Shown here in pieces: positions 45,416-52,710 of a stretch of 64,000 bases of DNA. Location of the stretch: assembly GCA_945890715.1 (NCBI GenBank), contig CAMDCX010000004.1, forward strand, positions 6,157-70,156. Direction: 5' to 3'. Position 1 is the first letter of the stretch. Every line of letters starts with the position of its first letter. This DNA comes from PVC group bacterium. GTDB taxonomy: Bacteria > Verrucomicrobiota > Kiritimatiellia > CAIKKV01 > CAITUY01. A program made the position numbers and the translations under genes. The notes under the pieces were generated by a model that searched no databases, was not told the DNA's origin, and saw only the letters and a list, made by a program, of their open reading frames with translations.

Positions 45416-45591
45416 AGTCATTTTAATCAATATATTGTGGATAAACTAACCCTGACACCACGTATATAGCGTGCCGCACAATTATGTACAGATCAATTCC
45501 GAACAGTTGTCCATTAATGTACATTTCCTGTTAATAATTATTGCGTTTTTTCGAGACTTATGCACAATTCCGTTAAGTTCAATTTTTCACT

Positions 45592-46851
45592 ATGGAGACA
45601 ACCCGAATAGTGAGCCGGAATAGAGTGGTGGTGACCGGCCTTGGTGTGGTAGCGCCCAATGGAATCGGGAAGGAGGCCTTTTGGTCTTCCCTGCTTGAAT
45701 GCCGAAGCGGTATTAAAAACATCACCCTTTTTGATGCCAGCAAACACTCCTGCCGAATTGCGGGGGAAGTGAGCGACTTTGATGCGGCACGTCATGTGGG
45801 TCCCGGAATTAACCCGAAACGCCTCGCCCGCCAGACCCAAATGGCGCTCGCCGCTACCGCCCAAGCTTTTCAGGACGCCAATTTATCCCGCGAAACCTTG
45901 ATCTCAGACAAGGCGGTGCCCCTAGTCCTGGGCGTCAGTTCCAGTGCCATCGAAATCATCGAGCACGGAATGGAAAGGATGGCCGGGCTGGGGCCCACCC
46001 GGGTTCCCGCACACATCGTCAATGCCTGTCAACCTCATCAAGCCGCCAGCACCATCGCCCTGCACTTTCCGCTACTCACCCGTGCCACAACCATGGCCTC
46101 GGCGTGTGCGGCAGGCCTCGACGCAATCGGGGCGGCCGCAGACCTGATCCGAAGTGGCCGCGCCGATGTCGTGGTCTGCGGAGGGACTGACGCGCCCATC
46201 AACCCCCTGACGTTTGCATGTCTGGCAAAGGCAGGCCTGGTTTCATTGCGCAATGAAACCCCTGAAAAAGCCAGCCGCCCCTTCGATGCAGATAGCGACT
46301 CGGGCGTCATTTCCGAAGGCGCGGGAATCGTAATTCTTGAAAGCCTCGCCCATGCCACCGCCCGAAACGTCAAACCCTATCTCGAAATTACCGGGTTCGC
46401 CACGCGTTATGACACAGATCCTGCAGTCTCGGGATCAGGTTTCGGTGCCACCATGACCGAAGCACTGGCCAATGCGGGCCGACGCCCCTCGACGGTGGAC
46501 TACATCTGTGCGCATGGCCCCGGCCATCCGGTTATGGATCGTAATGAAACCCGCATGATCAAGACCGTGTTCGGGGCGCTTGCCTACACAATCCCCATCA
46601 GTTCCATCAAGGGCGTCACCGGCAATCCCCTCGCCGCCGCAGGCCCCTTTCAGCTCATCGCCTGCTCCCTCGCCATTCGCAACGGAATGATCCCTCCCAC
46701 TGCAAATCTCGAAAAGGCGGATCCTGACTGTGACCTTCATTACACCCCCAAAACTCCATGCGCCTCACGCCTGAACTGTATTCTGGTGAATTCACACGGG
46801 TTGGGAGGCGGAAATAGCTGCCTTATCCTGGAAAGGGTTCCCCCCTCATGA
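45592..46851 (+). CDS. FabF-like beta-ketoacyl synthase with a Cys-His-Asn active-site pattern
   Basis: 'VVVTGLGVVAPNG', active-site 'ASACAAG' and 'CAHGPG'. The block equivalent to FabF 'KSMTGH' reads 'KGVTGN'. C-terminal 'NSHGLGGGN'. Confidence 0.88.
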   Translation: METTRIVSRNRVVVTGLGVVAPNGIGKEAFWSSLLECRSGIKNITLFDASKHSCRIAGEVSDFDAARHVGPGINPKRLARQTQMALAATAQAFQDANLSRETLISDKAVPLVLGVSSSAIEIIEHGMERMAGLGPTRVPAHIVNACQPHQAASTIALHFPLLTRATTMASACAAGLDAIGAAADLIRSGRADVVVCGGTDAPINPLTFACLAKAGLVSLRNETPEKASRPFDADSDSGVISEGAGIVILESLAHATARNVKPYLEITGFATRYDTDPAVSGSGFGATMTEALANAGRRPSTVDYICAHGPGHPVMDRNETRMIKTVFGALAYTIPISSIKGVTGNPLAAAGPFQLIACSLAIRNGMIPPTANLEKADPDCDLHYTPKTPCASRLNCILVNSHGLGGGNSCLILERVPPS

Positions 46852-49343
46852 CTCTGATTTCCATCGCCCATTTCCTGGGCATTGCGATCAGCTTTTTCAT
46901 AGGGGTCTTCGTCTTCTTTACCAATCCGCGCCGAAGGACAAACCAGTTCTTCCTCATGTTGTCTACCCTGCTGACGACCTGGCTGATCTTCATGGCCATA
47001 GGGTTCCTCTTCCCGGACGTCAAAACCGTCGCCATGTGTGTACGCGGCTGCATGATGGCCGGGGCCATGATTCCCCTCTCGTTCGACTGGCTCCGGGTCT
47101 CCATTATACACCCCGAAAAATCCCGGTGGTGGATTCTCACCCAGTCTCCTCTCTGGTTGATGGCCTCGTTGATGTTCGGCGCGGTTTCGCTAACCCATGT
47201 CTTCGTCCTGGGCGCGACCCCCTCCCTCACGGGAGTGGATCTGCACGTCATCCCCGATCCCGTTTATAGTCAAGCTTTCCCGCTTTACAGTGCCTTCCAG
47301 ATCATCAACATGGGACTGCTGATCCACCGGTTTATCGGCGACCTCAGAACGACACGCGGCATCCAGAAAACCGAACTTCAATTCATTCTTCTGGGAAGCG
47401 CCTCCAGTGTCTTCATTGGTATTTTCACCGCACTGGTCATTCCAGTGATTACCGATAACTCCCAATCCGTCCAATTCACCCCCCTGTCCGTCATCTGCCT
47501 GTATGTGGTCATCGCCTATGGAATTGCCACCCGCCGCATCATGGATGTGGCCTATATCATGCGCAGGCTGACCGCCTATGCGCTACTCCTCGTCTATTTG
47601 ATGGCCCTGTATGCAGGCGTCTGGACGCTCCTGAACCGGCTGCTCGAGGCGCTGTGGGTGCCATTCCCATCCGTCTCCTATTTCATCGCCTCTCTGGCGG
47701 TGGCGATTTCCCTGGCGCCTGCCAATGGATTGATGCAGCGGCTTGCCAGCCGCCTGTTTGTACACATCGCCCCCCTCGACATGAATCAGCTCGCGCATTC
47801 CGCCAATACCCTTCTGCGCTCCATCAACAGGATTGACACTTTGCTCGCGGAATTCTCAACCCTGCTCATGTCCACGGTAGGAACGGATCGCGTCTGCATC
47901 CTGATTAATGTCTCCGGAAACCACGAACAATGGTTCCCCATCCCGGAGCGCCCGCCGGGACTCTCCTTCCCTGTGGATAGCCCCCTTCCCGCAATCCTTT
48001 TCCAGACCGAAGGGCCCCTCGTTCCGGAACTCCAGTACCGGGTGAAACCTGAAGCTCACATTAAAAGGGCGTGTCGTCTGCTGGAAGAAAAGGGATTCGC
48101 GGCGGCGATCGGCCTGCGCTCCCAGGAGGGACTGGAGGGTCTCGTCCTTCTCGGCCCACGGCTTTCGGGCACGATCTACGGCACTCCCGAGCAACAGGCC
48201 GTCCAACTTCTCTGCAACCACCTTGCCGTGGCGCTCAATAATGCCCGGCTCTACACCCAGCTTCAGGATGGCAAGATCTACAACGATATTCTGGTCGACA
48301 GCCTGGTCAGCGGGATCATCGCCGCCAATCAGGACGGAAAAATCACCGTCTTCAACCGCGAGGCTCAACGCATCACCCAACTGCCTCTGGACAAGACCGT
48401 AAATCACTCCCTGTTTATCCTCCCCCCCGCCTTGGCGACGCTCCTCACCGACACCATTGCCCACAGCGAAGGATTACGTGATCAGGATATTTCCCTGTCT
48501 CTTCCCTCGGACGCGTCCATTCCCATCCGGGTAAGCAGTGCCGTTTTTTACGGACATTCCGGAAAAATGCTCGGCGCCTTCCTGGTCATCACCGATCTGT
48601 CCACGGTTCGTCAATTGGAACTTCAGGTTCGCCGGACTGATCGCCTGGCCAGCCTGGGAACCCTGGCCGCCGGCATGGCGCATGAAATCAAAAACCCCCT
48701 TGTGTCCATTAAAACCTTCACCCAGCTCCTGCCCGAGCGTTACGACGATGCCGATTTCCGGGATACCTTCTCCTCGCTGGTGGGTGGCGAAGTCAAACGC
48801 ATCGACTCCATCGTCAACCAGCTCCTCCGGTTTTCCCGTCCCTCCAAACCGGTACTGGCACCCTCCTTACTCCACGAAATCCTGAGCAACAGCCTCAAAC
48901 TCATTCAGCAACAGTTACATTCGAAAAACATTCAACTTGTTACGTCATTCACCCTGAACTCTGACCGGATTAACGCCGATGGAGACCAGCTCGGCCAGGC
49001 CCTCATCAACTTCCTTCTGAACGCCATCGAGTCGATGCCGGATGGCGGCACCTTGACGGTCACCACCCAGCACCCCCCCCGCAACGGGGACACGGGAGCC
49101 CGGCACACCCCGACCCTTCAAGTCTCCATCCAGGACACCGGTTCCGGAATTTCTCCTGAAAACCTGTCCCATGTTTTCGACCCGTTCTTCACGACCAAGA
49201 GTCAGGGAACCGGATTGGGTCTTTCGGTGGCTCATGGCATCATTCAGGAGCACAGTGGATGCATTGATATTCAGAGCGAGGTCGGACAGGGCACCACATT
49301 TATCCTGACATTCCCCGTGATCGAGGAGGCAAAACAGTTATGA
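46848..49343 (+). CDS. Sensor histidine kinase (N-terminal 7TM-type domain, GAF, PAS, HisKA, HATPase)
   Basis: About 8 TM segments in the first 300 aa, then a GAF ending '..LAVALNNARLY', a PAS 'SGIIAANQDGKITVFN', an H-box 'AHEIKNPL' and G-boxes 'DTGSGI' and 'GTGLGLSVA'. Its ATG overlaps the KS stop (ATGA). Confidence 0.88.
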   Translation: MTLISIAHFLGIAISFFIGVFVFFTNPRRRTNQFFLMLSTLLTTWLIFMAIGFLFPDVKTVAMCVRGCMMAGAMIPLSFDWLRVSIIHPEKSRWWILTQSPLWLMASLMFGAVSLTHVFVLGATPSLTGVDLHVIPDPVYSQAFPLYSAFQIINMGLLIHRFIGDLRTTRGIQKTELQFILLGSASSVFIGIFTALVIPVITDNSQSVQFTPLSVICLYVVIAYGIATRRIMDVAYIMRRLTAYALLLVYLMALYAGVWTLLNRLLEALWVPFPSVSYFIASLAVAISLAPANGLMQRLASRLFVHIAPLDMNQLAHSANTLLRSINRIDTLLAEFSTLLMSTVGTDRVCILINVSGNHEQWFPIPERPPGLSFPVDSPLPAILFQTEGPLVPELQYRVKPEAHIKRACRLLEEKGFAAAIGLRSQEGLEGLVLLGPRLSGTIYGTPEQQAVQLLCNHLAVALNNARLYTQLQDGKIYNDILVDSLVSGIIAANQDGKITVFNREAQRITQLPLDKTVNHSLFILPPALATLLTDTIAHSEGLRDQDISLSLPSDASIPIRVSSAVFYGHSGKMLGAFLVITDLSTVRQLELQVRRTDRLASLGTLAAGMAHEIKNPLVSIKTFTQLLPERYDDADFRDTFSSLVGGEVKRIDSIVNQLLRFSRPSKPVLAPSLLHEILSNSLKLIQQQLHSKNIQLVTSFTLNSDRINADGDQLGQALINFLLNAIESMPDGGTLTVTTQHPPRNGDTGARHTPTLQVSIQDTGSGISPENLSHVFDPFFTTKSQGTGLGLSVAHGIIQEHSGCIDIQSEVGQGTTFILTFPVIEEAKQL

Positions 49344-51349
49344 CCACTCATGCGTCCTGTTTGCTCTACACCTCAGACACCCCTTGGGCAACCCGCATCG
49401 GCGCCTTCCTATCCCCCCTGATCATGCTTCATCCGCTCGAAACCTCGGCTTCAGTTCAAGGGTTTCTGGAGCAACACCCCACCAGTCTTGTATTGCTCGA
49501 TCTTCAAACAACGGGCGCTCTGGATCTGTTGAGCCTCCTCAACCATCGCTATCCCCATACCTTGGTCATCGTCTTCGGAACCGCCACCTCAGATCCCATG
49601 CTCGAGGCGGAGCGACTTGGCGTTTATGCCCTGGAAACAAGCGATGTAAGTTGCCCCCGATTGACCCATCTTATTCAGCAGGCTCTGGCCCACCTTGCAC
49701 TGGCGGGCGAAAACCGACTCCTCAGGCAGGAAACCCTCAGGCTTAACGCCATGACCGAGGCGACCCAGCGCCTCCCTCTGCCGGACACGGATTCCTCCCT
49801 CGATATCCGGGATTTTTCGGCCGCTTTACGTCATTTTACCCATGTGGAAACCCTTCTGCACCGCCTGGTTGACGAAGTTGCCGGATCGCTTCGGGTTTCC
49901 CGCGTGGGTATTTTTTGCCGCACCCGGGATGTGGCGTCTTACCGGCTTCGGGCAAGCTTGCGTTGCCTTGAATCCTCGTCCACACTGGAGTATTCGGAAA
50001 CCGATCCGCAAGTTCTGTGGCTGGCGATCCATCCCCACGCTGTCACTCGTGCCAATCTTACCCATGTGCGAAATCCCACAACCCGGTTGATGTTGCAGAA
50101 TCTTCTGGATCAAATGGGGGCTGAAATACTGATTCCTCTCCAATCCCGGGATCGGCTTCAAGGCTGGCTCTTTGTGGGAAATCTGGCAACAGGCTTGCCG
50201 TTTGATGACCGGCACCTCCACAAACTCATCACCCTGACCGATTGCGTTTCCACAACACTGGAAAACGCTTTGCTCTATGAGGAAATTACCATTCAAAAGA
50301 CCCTGGCGGAAACGCTCCTGCATTCCATTCCCAACGGGATCATCGCCGTGGATGATGACGGCATTGTCCGGTGGTATAACGACACCGCCCAGAGTCTTCT
50401 CGGCATTCAGGCCGCCGTTGCCATTGGGCGCCCCATTGAGGGACTGGGTAGACGCCTGGCCGACCTGCTTCGACGTACCCTGGGGGAAAGCGGCTCACCC
50501 CAATCGGACGAATGGAGGGAATCCACCACTCAACGCACCTTCACGGCCCGCACCCGCAGATTGTCCTCTCCGGCCCGTTGCCTCGGCGCCGTAGGAGTGA
50601 TTCAGGACATCACGGATCAAAAAAACATGAAGGAAAAGGAGGAGCGCCTGGATCGTGCCACCTTCTGGGCCGAACTCGCGGCCAGCATGTCACACGAGGT
50701 TCGCAATCCCCTCGTCGCCATAAAAACCTTTGCCCAGCTTCTCCCGGAACGCTACCAGGACACGGAATTCCAGCATGAATTCAAGGATCTCGTTTCATCC
50801 GAGGTCGAGCGGTTGAATAGCATCGTGGATCAGATCCATGCCTTCGCCCATCCCCCTGCTCTCACGTTCAAAACCATCCAGCTTCAAGCCTGCATTGCCT
50901 CTGCCTGTGCCCGTGTTTTCCCTTCAGAGCCTCCCTCTAACATCCGTGTCACCGTTTCCGCCCCGGACGCCCTGCCCACCCTCCAGGGCGATGACCGAGC
51001 CCTCATTGAAGCGTTCACCCACATCCTGACAAACTCAAAAGAGGCTCTGACCACCACACCCCATCCGGAAATCACCCTTACCCTGCGTCTTGTTGAGGAT
51101 CCGGAACACTCCCCCGCCATAACCGTCATGTTCAAGGATAATGGACCCGGGATCGCGCCCGACATGCTTGATAAATTGTTTTCGCCGTTCTCCACAACCA
51201 AGGCCCGGGGTCTTGGTCTGGGACTTCCCATCGCTCGCCGAACCATTCTTGACCATAATGGAATCATCACCGTTCACTCCAATGAATTTGGAGTCCTGAT
51301 CACCATTCGGATCCCTCTTGTCTTCCCCCAGTCCGAAGTCCCATCATGA
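49340..51349 (+). CDS. Cytoplasmic histidine kinase (degenerate receiver-like N-terminus, GAF, PAS, HisKA, HATPase)
   Basis: N-terminal 'SLVLLDLQTTGALDLL' is receiver-like but lacks the usual acidic pair. H-box 'SHEVRNPL', G-boxes 'DNGPGI' and 'GLGLGLPIA'. ATGA overlaps at both ends. Confidence 0.85.
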   Translation: MTTHASCLLYTSDTPWATRIGAFLSPLIMLHPLETSASVQGFLEQHPTSLVLLDLQTTGALDLLSLLNHRYPHTLVIVFGTATSDPMLEAERLGVYALETSDVSCPRLTHLIQQALAHLALAGENRLLRQETLRLNAMTEATQRLPLPDTDSSLDIRDFSAALRHFTHVETLLHRLVDEVAGSLRVSRVGIFCRTRDVASYRLRASLRCLESSSTLEYSETDPQVLWLAIHPHAVTRANLTHVRNPTTRLMLQNLLDQMGAEILIPLQSRDRLQGWLFVGNLATGLPFDDRHLHKLITLTDCVSTTLENALLYEEITIQKTLAETLLHSIPNGIIAVDDDGIVRWYNDTAQSLLGIQAAVAIGRPIEGLGRRLADLLRRTLGESGSPQSDEWRESTTQRTFTARTRRLSSPARCLGAVGVIQDITDQKNMKEKEERLDRATFWAELAASMSHEVRNPLVAIKTFAQLLPERYQDTEFQHEFKDLVSSEVERLNSIVDQIHAFAHPPALTFKTIQLQACIASACARVFPSEPPSNIRVTVSAPDALPTLQGDDRALIEAFTHILTNSKEALTTTPHPEITLTLRLVEDPEHSPAITVMFKDNGPGIAPDMLDKLFSPFSTTKARGLGLGLPIARRTILDHNGIITVHSNEFGVLITIRIPLVFPQSEVPS

Positions 51350-52710
51350 AAACCATGCTCATTGTTGACGACGATCGGGGCAGTCGCGAATCCCTTCGAC
51401 AAACATTTTCACGCCTTTACCATACCCGGCTTGCCGAAAATGCCGCCGAGGCTCTCCGGGACTTGAACGCGCATCCCGTGGATATCGTGATGCTGGACGT
51501 GATGATGCCGGGAAAGGACGGGGTTACTTTATTAAAGGAACTGAACGAGCTTTATCCAGGCCTTCCCTGCGTGATGGTTAGTGCCTCACCGGCGGTACGG
51601 CCGGTGGTGGAGGCCATGAAGGCAGGTGCGGGCGACTTTGTCATCAAACCCTTTGACGTGGAGGAAATCCGGCGCATCGTGGCCCGGGTTATTGAGACCA
51701 GCGCCCTACGCCGCCGGGTCGTTATTCTTCAGGACGAAGTGTCCCGGGAACACCCCACCGATGAACTCGTCGGCCAGGCACCGGCCTTCCTTGAAACCCT
51801 CACATCTGTCAAACAGGCTTCAACCAGCAATGCCACCATTTTGATTCAGGGGGAAAGCGGCACCGGAAAAGAACTGATTGCCCGGCGCCTGCATCGGCTC
51901 AGTCCGCGGGCCGATGAACCGTTTATTCCCATCCATTGCTCCGCTCTGCCGGAAACCCTCATGGAGAGTGAATTGTTTGGTCATGAAAAGGGCGCTTTTA
52001 CGGGCGCCGACACCCGCAAGATGGGGCGGTTCGACCTGGCCGGATCCGGAACCCTTTTTTTCGATGAAGTCGGCGAGATGTCGCTGGCCATGCAGGTTAA
52101 ACTGTTGCGAGTACTCCAGGAACGCGAGTATATGCGGCTGGGAGGAACCCAGGTCATCAAGACCCATGCCCGTATTATCACCGCTACGTCGCGGATTCTG
52201 GAAGACGAGGTACGCCTGCACCGGTTCCGGGATGATCTGTATTACCGGCTAAACGTTATTCCCATCACACTCCCGCCTCTCCGTAAAAGGATGCAGGATA
52301 TCCCCCTGCTCGCCCGGCATTTCCTCCGGTTATTCCAGCAAAGCATGAATCATAACGTGCGTGATTTTTCAGCTGAATCTCTGGAAAAACTGGCCGCCTA
52401 TTCCTGGCCGGGCAATATCCGGGAACTCCGCAACATCGTCGAACGAACTCTCGTGCTGCACAGTCGCCAGGAAGTGATCCTTCCTGATCATCTTCCTGAA
52501 TTCATCCAGATAAAATCGATCAGTCTTTCACCCGTTAGACGAGAGGGACTTGATTTGGAAAGCGCCATATCGGCCTGTGAGCGGGAACTGATCCAGGGGG
52601 CACTCCGGGAATCCAAAGGAAACCAAACCCAAGCCGCCCGACAGCTGGGAACCACCCGGCGAATTTTGCGCTACAAAATGGACAAACTGTCACTCAGTGC
52701 CGCATCCTGA
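51346..52710 (+). CDS. Sigma-54-dependent response regulator (NtrC family: REC-AAA+-Fis HTH)
   Basis: REC 'MLIVDDD...VMLDVMMPG', Walker A 'GESGTGKE', the sigma-54 contact loop 'GAFTGA', Walker B 'LFFDEVGE' and HTH 'NQTQAARQLGTTRRILRYKM'. Confidence 0.93.
   Translation: MKTMLIVDDDRGSRESLRQTFSRLYHTRLAENAAEALRDLNAHPVDIVMLDVMMPGKDGVTLLKELNELYPGLPCVMVSASPAVRPVVEAMKAGAGDFVIKPFDVEEIRRIVARVIETSALRRRVVILQDEVSREHPTDELVGQAPAFLETLTSVKQASTSNATILIQGESGTGKELIARRLHRLSPRADEPFIPIHCSALPETLMESELFGHEKGAFTGADTRKMGRFDLAGSGTLFFDEVGEMSLAMQVKLLRVLQEREYMRLGGTQVIKTHARIITATSRILEDEVRLHRFRDDLYYRLNVIPITLPPLRKRMQDIPLLARHFLRLFQQSMNHNVRDFSAESLEKLAAYSWPGNIRELRNIVERTLVLHSRQEVILPDHLPEFIQIKSISLSPVRREGLDLESAISACERELIQGALRESKGNQTQAARQLGTTRRILRYKMDKLSLSAAS

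Noticed and set aside
45520-45545. A second sigma-54 promoter for the plus-strand KS operon (CTGTTAATAATTATTGC).
   Set aside because: The -24 element is TGT rather than TGG, and the GG-GC spacing is off by one. This does not meet the consensus.
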